Of a stretch of DNA of 64,000 nt, positions 39,670-53,100 are shown in pieces. The stretch comes from Selaginella moellendorffii. Taxonomy: Eukaryota; Plantae; Lycopodiophyta. The notes under the pieces are model-generated. The model was not told the origin of the DNA. It ran no database searches and saw nothing but the letters and a program-made list of their open reading frames with translations. The DNA lies in the NCBI RefSeq assembly GCF_000143415.4, contig NW_003314340.1:818470-882469 (forward strand), read 5' to 3'. How positions within the stretch are numbered: the stretch's first letter is position 1; the number at the start of each line of letters is the position of its first letter. The translations under genes were made by a program, and so were the position numbers.

Positions 39670-40258
39670 GATCCACTCTCGAGCTCGCAAATCCACGAAC
39701 TCACAAACACTTCATAGGTGAAGATACTACACACACACACACACACACACTTACTCGTCGCAAATTCCTTCCTTTTTTTCTCGCTTTCACTTCTCCTTGC
39801 TTTGGCGGATTACATACATAGCTCGTGATCAAGATCAAGAAAAAAAAAAGAAAAAAAAAAAAAAGCCGCAGCGATTTTGTTGGTGTTTTCCTTTTTGTGA
39901 TACGGAGCCTGGCTGCACTCCTCCTTTCGCGTCTGTGACACACAAACTTTATCATACAGTAAGAAAGAAATGCCCAGACGTTTCCAAAGTGTGGATTTTT
40001 TTGTTTCTTCCTTGTCACTGGAATGGAATCTAGCTTGCTTGGATGGAGATAGATCCTTGCCGTGTTCTTCAGTCTAGTTTTGGATCTTATCTTCCAACTT
40101 TCCTGGAGAGCTGGAGATCTTTGCTATGTTCTTCAGTCTAGTTTTGGAAGATAGATCGTTGCTAAGTTCTTCAGCCTAGTTTGATCTTATCTTCCAACTT
40201 TTATGGATTAAGTTTGCTCGATTCTTCCTGGAGAGTTTAACAAAGAGCCAGAGAGAAT

Positions 40259-41124
40259 TCATTTGACCTTCCTGAGTAGCACGTAGAGGCGCTGATCCAT
40301 TTGCAGCTCGTTAAGATGCTGTGGATCTCCCTTGAGTTTCATCAGCAATCCCCCAAACGACACATAAATGTCTCTGATCGAGCGAAGATTTGAGAGAGGT
40401 TTAAACAGAAGAAGGAAAAGTACGCTGGAAATACGTACACTTTGAGAGCGCCCGTGCTATGGTCGTCGCTATACTTGTAGAGCTTACCGTACATGACGTA
40501 GTCGTAGCGATCCGCGAGCGACCTCTTGCCACTCTAAAGCAAAGCGAAGAAAGAGATATAAAAGAAGGAAAAGGTGAAAAGCTGGGAATGGATGGAATGG
40601 AATTGAAAGCTACGCTAGGTGGATCAATCAATCGAGTGCTGGGTTTTGGCGGATTTGGCTCTTTTCTTGCGTGATCTTGGGTTGTTTGAATCAAAGTTGT
40701 GGACCACCGAGGGAAAAAAAGGGAATTTTTTTTGCATACCTGATCAAGCACGCCTTCGTCGGGCGTGCCATCCAGGCTGAGCGTCGGCGCCAAAGCCATG
40801 GTGAATTTTTCGTCCCTGTGGAGAGGGTACACATCGCAGTTGACATCCAGGAGCAAATGCATGTCGAATTGCTCGCTGTGTGCCTCGATCCTCGACACTG
40901 CGCACCACCGAAAAAGAGCACCCAAAGGATTAGTTTTTGTTCTTGTGGATCGTTCTCCAAAAAACGCTTTTGTGTAACGGAGAACACTCGCAACTAGGAG
41001 AGAAGTTTGAGAGATTCGACGAGGGAATGATTAGAGGAAGAAGGGACTTTCCTTTGTCGAATTTCTTGCCGTCCGGGTCGATGTCGGTGACCCGGAAGAT
41101 GTCCTCGAGGAGCAAGTTCGCCAT
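40259..41124 (-). CDS. NRPB8: RNA polymerase shared subunit RPB8 (4 exons)
   Basis: [24 protein letters not shown]|[25 protein letters not shown]..|..[14 protein letters not shown]..|[26 protein letters not shown]. Confidence 0.97.
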
Positions 41125-41445
41125 AGCTCTCTCTCTCTCTCCCCCCCCAGAAAGCTTTGAGAAAAACTTTGAGAAAACCACCACCCTTTGAGAAAAAACT
41201 TTGCTTTGTTTGCAAACTCGGAATGTAGGCTCTCGCTATATCTAGAAAAGAGTGTTTGGAAGATTTTAGAAAAGTTAACGCTGATATCTCGCCCGATCAC
41301 ACACAAAATTCTAGTAAAAAGGAGATTTTTACAGAAGTTTTCTCGGTTTTCTTTTTTCTCTCAATCACAAAACTAACTTAAAGTATCTTCCTTTCTGCAT
41401 CTGTACATAAGAATCGCGTGCTAAACTATAACTATCAAAGGACGA

Positions 41446-43814
41446 TCATACCGCAGCTGGTGTTTGGCTGCTCGCTTGCGAGTAGACAAGCAAAGATTTG
41501 ATGAAGTTCTCGTACCTCCGGCGGAAAGTTGGGAATCTGGATACGCTGGTGGAAATTCCTTGAATCCTGGGAAACAAAACACGTAAAAGAGTGTGAGTCC
41601 CAAGTACAAAAAGAGATTTTGGAAGAGATATCTTGAGAACTCTGCGAGCTAGAGTTACCTTCTGCTGAGAGCTTCTAGCTCTCCTTTGCGAACGTTGTCT
41701 TGCGGTGCAATGGCTCCATTGTCCCACTCGGCGTCGCTGCTCAGGAGCGTCAGCTTTTCCAAGTATCGCTCCTCGCTGGGATGGAGCTTGGCGGCTCGGA
41801 TTTGCTCTTTGAGTACCAGCAGCGGCTCGAAGAACCAATCCAGCAGTCGGTCCTCGGGACGATTGAAGACTGTCAGCTCCAAGCCACTATCTGCGGCAAG
41901 TTTTCATTAGTTCTAACCGAAGAAAGAGATCTCCCTCCCAAACTTACACAAAACTAAGCCTGTGGAGCTCGACTTGGCTGAGAAGATGAGGTTCATGAGC
42001 AAAGAATACGCCGGCAACTTCACGGCTATGAACTTGTTCTTGGACTTGTCACTCAGGTACTCTTCCAGGTCCGAGGTCTTGAGGACTCCCTTGTGAATCA
42101 AATCTTTGCTGTGCTCGCAGCACGACTTAAACATATGTTCCCAGACCTGTCAAACTAGTGTCAAAAGCTGGAAAAGAAAAATGAGTATGGAGTTTCTACC
42201 TGGACCATCTTCACATCTTGTATACTTTGCTTGAGAGATTTCGACGCGGAGAGCTGGGGGATGATCATCCCAGCTTCGGAAGGCTTTTGTTCCGGAGCTG
42301 GCTGCTTGGCCACTGCCTTCTGGGAGTGGCCCTTCTCTGGATCTGGAAGTACATCTTCAGCTTTGGAGACCCGTGAGCTATAGCTCGGCCTGATATAACA
42401 TCGATCGTTTGGCAAGAATGGTTGATAGAAACAATAACTACCTGGGAAGACACGATCCTTCTCTAAGATAAAGCACGTCATTTGTTTGCTCGTCAAACTC
42501 CGCACCCATAGCCACTATATAAGCCAAGCCAGACTTGAATGAATTCTCCTGGAAAACAAAGAAATGTATAACTCCACTCGACAAGCTTGGAAGAAAACAA
42601 AAGAATAGCAAACCTTGTGAACGATCACAGCAGCGTAGAGTCCCACAAAGATGCTGGTAAAAACCCCGGATACCACCGCGGCCACCACAACCAAAGGCCA
42701 CAGGAGAATCGCGAGGCCGGCGAATGGAACACACACAACTTTGACGCAAGTTCCCTCCTGCGAGACGATGAGATCGTCCAGCAAACGCTCCCAGCCTTTT
42801 ACGAGCATGAACGGGCTTTTGATGAGCGAGATGATCGCAAAGAGAGGGACGTCCACGATAACTCCAAGAACAGCAGCGACAAAACACGTTGGAATCTCGA
42901 GCAGCCTGCTAGAATTTTGTAAGTTTGATACTAAACACACACACTCTAAACCTCGAGAGTGGAAACCAACCTGATGTTATATGGGCCATCGATCGCCTCT
43001 CCATCGCGAAAGTCTGCAATATAAGCAGGACACGAGTGATAACACCAGTCCGTAAAATCGCGTACTACTGTGCAGCTTCCTTTGACAGTGCTAAAGCTTC
43101 CATCCTAGAAAAGCAGCAAAGTCAAGATAAACAGGGAAAAAAAATGGATAGAAAACGAAAACAAAGTCAGAAGAGGTAGGAGTTTTGTGGATATGAAACT
43201 GACACTCTACCTTACCAGGATGCAGGAGTGAGCTTTGTTCGTTCTTCCCTGGCCGACGGCCTCGAAAGTTGCCACCAGCGGCGTGAAAAAACCATATCCC
43301 AATCCAGTGAGAACGCTGCCGCAAATCACAGCTGCTGGCCACAGCACGAGAGGTAATGGAGCACACAAAGCTGCTACGAGTTTCAATAACAATCCCAGCT
43401 TTCTGGTCCTGGAAAAAACAGAAAAACAAACAAAGAAAGTTCTTTCAATGAATGATCTTAAGCTACAAACTTGAGCTCGACTTACTTGATGATGCTTTCA
43501 TAAATCCAGTAAACAAATGCTGGCCAGAGAGCGAGAGCAACTGTCACATTGCCCACGAAAATGATAGCCAGTGCCAAAGGAGCGATTAGAATTCCTGCGA
43601 AAAACAGGTTGGTTCCACTTTCTCTTGCTCTTTTCTTGCCAAGAAAGCTAAACTAGCTCGAGAGTTTCTCAGATCCACCAAGAAAACGAAAGACCCAAAG
43701 CAAAGAATTCCACTCACCTTTGCCAATCCCCACAAAGAAAAGGAGGAGAAAAAGCGGTACGAAGAGAACAAAACTCCAAACAGCAGCGCCCACGTCCACC
43801 CAAGACTGTGCCAT
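41446..43814 (-). CDS. Conserved plant multi-pass membrane protein, At3g27390/At4g37030-like (function unknown)
   Basis: GLGYGFFTPLVATFEAVG, TVVRDFTDWCYHS, VDVPLFAIISLIKSPFMLVKGWERLLDDL, CVPFAGLAILLWPL, DWFFEPLLVLKEQI and RIQGISTSVSRFPTFRRR. Confidence 0.88.
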
Positions 43815-44145
43815 GGCGCCCGCCTCTCTCGCTCTCTCGCTCGCTTCCCCCTAAAATTTTTTCTCTCTCTCACAATCAATCAATTATCCTACCTAAGGCC
43901 AAAACCAGACAAGGAATTCTTTCTTCCATGTGTGTGTACAGCTTTCATGGACAAAGCCCCGTGTTCGTGGATACAAGACCTTCTCTTTAAAGAAAAGAAG
44001 AAATGCTTCACTCGACACTCAACACTTCCACTGATACAAGTACGAAACTTCGTTTTTGAGAAGCTCAAAGACACCATCTCAAGTCAACTTGATTCACAGC
44101 CAAAAAGTCCTTTTTTTTTCTTCTTTTTTTTTCTTTTTTCGCTCG

Positions 44146-44903
44146 TCACGGAGTCTTGAGCAGTGATCTGAGCTTGTTTAGCGCATCACCCGCCACGACT
44201 CGAGCTTCACTGCTTGTGTCCACCGTGACAACGTCGTGTTCTTGCTGGTCTCCCACTTCCAAAAGCGCTAGCTGCGACTTTAGAAGCGAGGGTGGCATGT
44301 AGTGACCACCGGCTTTGAATCGAGACTCCACTCTCGCGGTGATCAAGTCCGACACTCTGAGATAGACGAACACCACCCGGCTTTTCTTCCTCTTCTTCCT
44401 CTCTCTTTCGTCACTGGCTCCGCGGAGGATGTCACGGTATGAAGTTTTCAACGCCGAGCACGCCAAAACCACTGGTTTTTCCTCCACCGAGTAGGCTGCG
44501 AGGAGATCCCTGAGCTTCTCCAGCCACGGAAGACGATCGGAGTCGGATAGAGGGATCCCGCTTCTCATCTTTTCTGGAACACAGAAGATCAGTGAGAGGA
44601 AATGAATTGATTTGCGGAAAGTCAGCCACCACCTATACTGTTTCGAGAGTGATAGTCGTCCGCATCGAGGAACTCACAACCAAGTTTCTCGGCAATCAGC
44701 CTTCCAATCGTCCTGCGATGCACAGAAAATTTTGGAAAAAATTTCAAGTCGAAGATCCAATCCTCTTACGTTTTGCCTGATCCAGAGACGCCAAAAACCA
44801 CGATTCCGAGGCCTGGAGAAACGTTTTAGGAGCTATGTGAAAGCTGAAGTTTCTGCTGCTTACCTGGAGATGAATCGAAAGCGCACTTGCTCTTAGCCGC
44901 CAT
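44146..44903 (-). CDS. Gluconokinase (GntK/IDNK family), 4 exons
   Basis: IVVFGVSGSGKT|TIGRLIAEKLGCEFLDADDYHS..|KMRSGIPLSDSDRLPWL..VLACSALKTSYRDIL..HYMPPSLLKSQLALLE. Confidence 0.95.
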
Positions 44904-45025
44904 AGCTTGTGGAGCTCTACGACACGAAACCTATGGAATGTTCCATGAACCAACGAACGAAACAAAAAGAGAAAACAAAAAGAAAGCGTAGCTTCCGTAA
45001 TCTGGGGTTATTTTAGTCAATCGCT

Positions 45026-47180
45026 TCAAAGAATGATCTCTTCATGGACACTTCGGTTGAGTGTCTTGTGAGAGAGAACTATGCAGTTGATCACCACGAC
45101 CTCATCCTCTACAGAAACGCCCTCGCCTGGAATAATCAAACGTTAGACTTGTCCACCAGAAGAAAATGCTCATGTTCTCACCCAAAATTGTGATGCCCAA
45201 CTTTGTAGTGTAGTCTCCGCCACCCTGATATCTCCCGGTAGGCTCTACACAAGAATAATTAAAAAGGTCTTTTACCTGTACACGAGCCCATCTTCCAAGC
45301 GAGGACTTCCATCCAATAATCGCATTCATGACCACCGCATTTTCCTACAACCAGAAGATAAGAGAATGTTTCTTTAACGGTAGAAATCATAAAGGTTTTA
45401 CCTCTATCTCGACATCGTCAAGGATTATGCAGCCGATAAGCCTCACACCTGGTCCGATGCGAGCATTCGCAGAAATGGAAACGTTTGGACCAATCTACAA
45501 ACATGGAAAAACAAAAAAAAAAAAAAAAACAAGCCAAAGTTCCTCAAGTTTTCTCTAGAAAAGACTCGTGTTACCTTCGCAGAGGGATGAGTTTTCGCGG
45601 AGGGATGGATGTAAACATCGCCGGAAACAATAGCACCTTTGCTGTCGCTCTTCGCAAGCAAGTGTGGAGAAGTAGTTCGATACTGTCCAAGGTACAGAGC
45701 CGAGCATCTTAGCGAAATCCTGGAGTTAAAAAAGTTTGACAACAAAAAGCAAGTTGAGAAAGCGAATAACAAAAACAAACAACAATCCACTCACCCTGGA
45801 ACTTTGATCTGTTCCCAGAAATCTTGAGTTTCATAAGCGTACAGCTTCTTCTTTCCAGCTAGCGGTGTCAGAATGTCTTGGTCCAAGCGAATGAAGTCTG
45901 CCGACAATGTCCTGCATCACACAGAAATCTTTTTTAATAGAGTATTTCTCGATCCGTGAACGTACTTGGTAGCGGACTGAAGGGCCTCAAAGCTTGTAAG
46001 TCGACGAAGAACAGCTGCACAAAGACCAAGCATTCAGTGTGGGAAAAATAGTCTCCAGGCAAACCTCTATCATGGCGTGCCGATTTAACGTCTTGAATCG
46101 CGATGAAAATCTCGGGGCTAAAGATGTAAACGCCGCAGTTGATGAGGTCGCTTACCTGCAAGGACGAGAAGCTAAGGCTTTTGTTTCAAGAATAAGTAAG
46201 ACATGGAGGCTTACGAAGGTTTCGGGCTTCTCAGCGTAGTGTAGCAATTCGCCACTGTCTGAGTCTGCTACAAGCTCGCCAAATTCGCTAGCCACTTCCG
46301 GTGACACCTGAAAACAAAGTCTCCAAGATTGTAAGGAAGCTTTTCCTCCGATGTGGAAGCATCACGCACCTTTTTCACTAAGATAGTTCCCATGCCTCCA
46401 CATTTGCGATGGAAAGCTGGCAGAACGAAAAAAACTTAGACAGCGAAAAGCTCCAGACTCTTTACTCTTACCCAGCATGTCCGTGAGAGGGAAGCTACAA
46501 CATACATCGCAATTCAGTACTATAATGTCTGTCTGCAAGAAAGAAAACGAGAAACAAGAAGAAAAAAAAACAGTCATCCAGTTAACGAGACATGTAAACT
46601 CTTACAGGGTCTTCTTCCAAAATTAAGTCCCGGAACTGATACAAGCCACCGGCAGAGCCGTGGGGCTTATCTTCCTTGAGATATCTACAAGAACACAAAA
46701 AGTTGTCAAGAAGAAAACAAACTTGACGAAGAAGAGTGGAGTTCTACAATTCACCTTACAGGAACCTTTAGTTCGTTCGAGAGCGCGGACGTATACAAGG
46801 CAAATTCCCTGTCCTCGTAGAATCCTATCAAGTAAATGTGTGCCAAATTCTCAATCTGAAAAGCGGAAGAACAAAGAAAACAAAGAAGAGAAAAGTTTTA
46901 GCTGCACCAATATCACGAAGAACAAGTCTTAAGTTCAAAGGAAAAAAACCTTTTTGCAAGCGAGAATCGGGTGCTGGACCATGGGCTGTCCAGCCAGCGG
47001 GAAGAGCGGCTTAGCGACATTGAGAGACAATGGCCGGAATCGAGTTCCTGGAGATAGAACCACACCAATTCACCGGAAAAATCCACTTGGAAACTCCACC
47101 AAACCAAAAAAAACTTTCATACCTTTAGTTGGCCCTCCCACGAGTATCACTGCCACAACCTTCTCTGATTCCTCGCTCAT
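45026..47180 (-). CDS. GDP-mannose pyrophosphorylase alpha-type (GMPPA/KONJAC-like), multi-exon
   Basis: [19 protein letters not shown]|[23 protein letters not shown] (GGPTKGTR insertion typical of GMPPA/KONJAC), [21 protein letters not shown], hexapeptide repeats, ends VHEEIIL*. Confidence 0.95.
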
Positions 47181-49610
47181 TTCGATGATTCGAAAGCAAA
47201 AAAAAAAACACTCGAGGAGAAATTCGTGCCGCTCACACGCAACCCACAAGCAAAGCAAGCCTCAAATCACGGGAGCTGGGCAGATCCAGATCCAGCAATT
47301 ATCCACCCGGGAGAGACCTCGCACCAATTTACCTCCACGAGATCTGTGTATGGCCACCACGCCAAAATCTCCCATGTCCTTGACAACGCTCACACAGTAA
47401 AATGAGAAAAAAAAAAACCCCTAGGCCTAGCAGCTTGGAGTTTTAAGCTGTCCTTTAGATTTTTTATTGGCCTCCTTTAGTTGTTCCAGACATATTCGTT
47501 GGTCCTGGGTGATCTCTCTTTAATGTTGGGTGGTGGTGTGGCTTTCCTTTCAACATCTGGTAGGAGATTTGGAAGGAGAAACTGTTCCAACGACCTCATT
47601 CATGCAAGATCATCGCATGCTCGTTTGGTGTGTTGACCAATAATTTGGTGGGAACTCTTGGCATCACAAGGGAAAATAAAACCAAAGACCGATGAGTTTA
47701 GTGAGCTTGATTTGCATAGTTTATTTAGGACAAGATTCTTACTATACAGATTATGAACATATTAGTACCGTGTGTCTGTTACATCCATCTCTCGATTCCA
47801 TACCGGAACGTTTATATTCTCTATGAACCTTACAGACTATTCGAGGATGCTCATGATTGGGATTTGCTGGACGATCTCATTAGCATCGAGCTGAGTGTGT
47901 TTTGTTTTTGGCCTCAGGATTCTTCTTGATTAGTATCAAGCAGGTGATCCTTTCATGCCACCTTGCATATGGGGATTACCCCTTGGAAGCCAGAACTGCA
48001 AATAAGATTAGGAGATTTTAACACTTACTGTTTGGGAGGGAATAATTTTTTCCCCTCCTCTTTCTTGGCAAGGGAAAATCTGCTATTATTACTTTGAAAA
48101 CGAAAATGGATTGCCCCAAAAAAGTGTTTTTTTTTTCATTATAGTCTACAATATAAAGCTCATTTTGAGGTGAATACCATGTAAAGATTAATAAAAGAAC
48201 TCAAGAATACTAAGTTAGTAAGAATAAAACTTTATGTGAGATTATGTTTTAGATTTCAAAAGTTTTATAAACTAACTTTGGCAATAGATTTATGAATTTT
48301 ATGTTAATAACCATTAAACATAATATATTTACACATGGATTTTTAAAAAATTGAGTTTGCATACTAAATATTATGTAAATAATCATTTTTCAATTGATAA
48401 GCTAATTGTGTGTATAATAATTTTGTCATAGAATATATTATGTATGCATGGGGCATGACACCTCAAACTGCCATGGAAAACTGATGCCACATCATCTCAA
48501 ACAATATGATATCACTACAGATAGCAAGGTTGTTTTTTTCATTTGAATGTAAATTTGTAATCTTTTGATTGTGATTATCTCTCCTCTCATTTCATATGGT
48601 TATGGTTTATTTCTCACTGTTTGGAAGCATATTTCAATTACAATAAATTTTAATGTAAAAAAAAGTGTTTTAATCACTCTCACAAGTGCTTCACATTTCT
48701 TGTGGCTTATTTGTACTGCAATGCCTTAATCTAGGTAGTGATCTATTAACACAGAGGCAAACATGATTAATTAAAGCATAAATGCAAAGGTAAAACATTT
48801 TTTTGGATGTTCGGGGTGTTACATGTATTAGATTTTTATGAGTAAATGGATTTTGTTATAACTGTAGTAAGATGTTCATTCCATTTTTTGCATTCCTAAT
48901 CACATGAGCATTATAGTGGTTTATTGTGTTTAGGTGTCTTATAAATTGACAATATAATGCTTTATTTCTTGAGATTTTTCATTTTTGGGCTTGAACTTCA
49001 TAATTATTACAATAATTGTGTCAAGAAGTATTGCAATGTCATGCTTGTATAGAAGTAAGTAACCAATTTATGCCCATTCCTCTCCAATACACATGTTAAT
49101 GAGTTTTTCATTCTAAATTCTTTTTATGACCAAGGAACTAATATTTTTGTGTTAGTATGAATGACATACACATGAGTACATGATTATTATTAAGTGTAAA
49201 AGCTCATATCATCTCATTGACATAGACAAATCTATAGCTTTCCCTCAATTTAGCACTCATCTATACAAGAACTTTTTCATTTGTTATAAAACCACTCACA
49301 AATTACTTTCTATACTCTCATTATGGAGAGTGTTTTAAATAAGGGGTAATGACAAATTTAACTTGTGGCATTCTTAAAATCTAGTTTTTGCACTAGAAAT
49401 ATCATGCCCAAAAACCCTAACCTAAAGTCTAAATTGTTTAAAATTCTAAAATGGAGTTGAAATTTACACAGCATAAAAAATGATATATATGGCATAAACT
49501 TAAACTTTCCTATGCATATATGGTGAGCACTAATGCATATCAATGAATAAAAAATAAGTTTTGTTCAAAATATTATTTTGTGAGTTACATATGTGTATTA
49601 TAAGAATTTA

Positions 49611-49613
<3 letters not shown>

Positions 49614-49656
<43 letters not shown>
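49614..49656. repeat. (TA)n microsatellite in AT-rich region
   Basis: Directly visible. Confidence 0.95.
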
Positions 49657-49659
<3 letters not shown>

Positions 49660-50118
49660 TTAATAGATATAATTTTTAATATACTTAACAATAATTTAAA
49701 ACTATTTATCTTCTTATAAATTAATCAAATTTTAAATGTAGTATATTTTAATTACATAATATTGTAATTATGATTATATTAATTAAGCAAGAAATTTAAA
49801 TCTGAGAATATAACAGACTCTAATAATAATTATTACTAATACATAAATAAACAGACTCTAAGTTATTTTTTAAAAATATGTTTATATTGATTTTAATAGT
49901 GTAAATATCTAGTGTAATAATTCTCTAAATTATTTTTATATATTAATTAAATTAAAAATAAAAAATTTAGTAAGATATTCATAGAATATTAGGATGGTAG
50001 AATAGGTAAATAATGTTTTTAATAAAAACTATCATATATATACTATTCAAAACTTTTGTATGATAGGTTTTGTATATTATATTAAATTATATAAAAAAGT
50101 CTACATTTAAAATGCTAC

Positions 50119-53100
50119 TGTAATGTTCTATAGCTATAATGCCATATACTAATATTAGCATAGTGGGATTTTAATAGCCATCGGATTGATTTCAATTTGG
50201 ACTACTCGCTCTTATATAAGCTAGGGTTTTTGGGCTAATTGATATGCACATTTCCTATATTCTCTTTCTATATTCAATACACTCGCACTAGTGGGGTTAA
50301 CGAGTAGCTTTGATTGTCGCTGAGGAATGCTTGGATTTAGGATTTTTAGTTTACATTTAGCTTTTACATTATTTAGATCTCCCTTTTTTTTATAGGTTTT
50401 TCCACTTTCTTTTTTTTGTTATTTAAATCTTTGCATTGTCTAGATCTTTTTTTCCTTTTAGCATTTTTCATTTCTTTTCTTTTGCTCTTTCTTTTTTATT
50501 TCTCTTCATAGCAAAGCAATAGTCTCCTCCTCCTTTAACTTTAGACTAGCAGTTTGTGCAATTGCTTAATGCTATGTGATTGTAGTTGAACAACTAAACT
50601 CAATTGATAGTGGCATTCACAGTGTGTAATAGAACTCTTCATGCTCTTGCTACCAATCTTTGTGTTCGATTAGAGTTCTTCCATGAGAATCTTAGGGATG
50701 ATGTGTATCATTAGTTCGATCACTTCACAATGATTGCTACATATCATTCTTGGGATGATGCTCGATGTTTGCATGAGTTTCTCACATATCTGTAAAGGAT
50801 AGCACTATAGTGGTATAATAGTTTGAGCATAGCCACTCGTGAGGATTGGAGTATTCTCTTAGACATCTTCAAATGCATATTTCGACATGTTAACAATTAT
50901 GATAATGCCTTCTAATAATTATATCATCTTTATTAAGGGCCATTTAAATTGGTGATGCAATTTGGCATTTGTTTCTGAAGCCTCTTGCTTTGTGCGGAAC
51001 CAAATATGTCAAAGTAAATCAAGTTGGGAATGTTGTGGCCAGCACTTTGTCAAGATCTTGTAGGACTTGTGCATGCACTTGCTCCAGCCACCCTTGATGA
51101 TGCCCTTCATCTAACACAACATTATGAGATGTCACTTCTTTTACTTCTCACTATATATCTTTTATTTCTACTTCTTGTGGGAAATGGTTCTATTCTAATG
51201 GAGGTTGATACTGCCATTGCCCGAATTCAAGGACAAAGGCAAGGACATGGTCATGACCATGATATCTGTTGTTAAGTGTGTGATGAAGTTCGTCACACTT
51301 ATCGGTGTTATTAGCGTTTTCCAAATTAGCAACTTCCATTTTCTAGGTGGAGACCTTAGCATCAACAATGTCCTATTAGTGTTGCTGTAGTGGAAAGTTT
51401 TAACACCAAGATGTATCTAACAAACAAGGAGTCACACGAGTAGCGGAACAATCTTATGTGAATAAGTTAGTGACCCTTCCATTTTTTTTTCAAGAGTATT
51501 ATCAAGGGGTTCATTCGGTATCAGTCCATCTAGTGTTTACTTTCCAACCTCATTTTTATAACAAAATGTCTCCTTTTATTCTCTCTGTGTTAGTTGATAT
51601 AAGTTTAAGTTTATTTTCTATTGCTCGACTTGTTGCCACATATTGCCATTTGCATTTGCATCATGCAGTAGAGATAGTTTTCATTCTTTATAGCAACAAC
51701 TGTACTGTGCATAAGATAAAATAAACATGGTTATGCGTTTAGGTGATCTTGAGCTTGAATTGCAATCATTGTAGGTGGTGCTGAGTTAAGCTTTTGACCT
51801 CATCCTTGGTATAGATTGGTTGTCGCGCAATCATACCAAGTGTGATTTTGAGGTTTCTCCCCCTTGTTTTATCCTTCTTAATATTTCTTTCATTCTTTTC
51901 ACTTTTATACCTTTTCATCCCTTTGTTCCTACCTTTGTTTCCATCACTTTTATCTCTTTTTTACTTCCTTCTAAGTTTCTATCTTGTACCTTTCTTTCTT
52001 TTTCCGATCCCTCCAACAGTCTTTGTGTTGTAGTGGTTGACCAACTCATAAAGGAGTATGTTGCTCTCTTTGAATTTGGCCTATCATCTAGGGCTAAGAT
52101 TGCAACATGTCATCCTATTCCAATTGAGGATGCTTATATAATTAAGGTTCCTGTTCATCATTAATCACCTAGAGAGATCAAAATTTTATATGCCAATGTC
52201 AAAGAGATGTTGGAAAAGGGAGTTATTTAGAAGTCATGGAGTTCTTAGGCGTATGAACCTCATCTTGTGATGAAGCCTGATGGGAGTATTCATCTCTGCA
52301 TCGATTATTATCCGTTAAACGAAGTGATAATCCCAGATGTGTACCATCTTCCTCACACTATTGATCTCTTGGATCATCTAGGGAGAAATTTTTAGTTTAC
52401 CAAGTTAGATTTTGCTTCTATGTACTAATAAATACCAATGACCGAAAAAGATATCCTTAAGACTACTTTTCATATATTTTTTGGTTTGTACAAGATGTGT
52501 ATGGTTTGAACAATGCTTCAGTAACTTTCTAGTGGATGATAAATGAAGTTCTTTGCAATATACCAGAGGTGACTGTTGACTTCATTGATGATGTCTTAAT
52601 TCATTCAAAGGGGACATGGGAAGAAAATATCTATGATATTCGTAAAGTGTTGGATTGGCTATGAGAAGTTGGTTTAAAGTTCAAGTGGTCAAAGTGTGTA
52701 TTTAGGTCCAAAGACATAAATTATCTTGGGTACTATATTTCTTATGAGGGTTTGCAAGTTGATCTTGTTAAACTTATGGCTATTCTAAAGTTCCTTATTT
52801 CGAAGTGTGTGAATGTGCATTGCTTCTTGGGCAAAGTGCAATATCTTAATTGTTTTGTTGATCATCTTTCTGATCACACTACACTATTGTGAACGTTACT
52901 GAAGTGGTCAATGTCATCTTTCATCTAGTCTATAGATTGTGAGTGGGTGTTTAAGGATCTCAAAGAGCTGTTAATGACTCCTCCGGTTTTGGCGTATCCT
53001 GACTACACTCGACCTTTCATTTTGTGTGTGGATACTTCTGACATCAGTTTTGGAGGTCTGTTGATGTAAGAGAGCCCAAGTGCACCTAGTTAATGCCATC

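Noticed and set aside
48513-48530. CACTACA as a CACTA transposon terminus
   Set aside because: No matching inverted terminus, subterminal repeats or CACTA transposase found.
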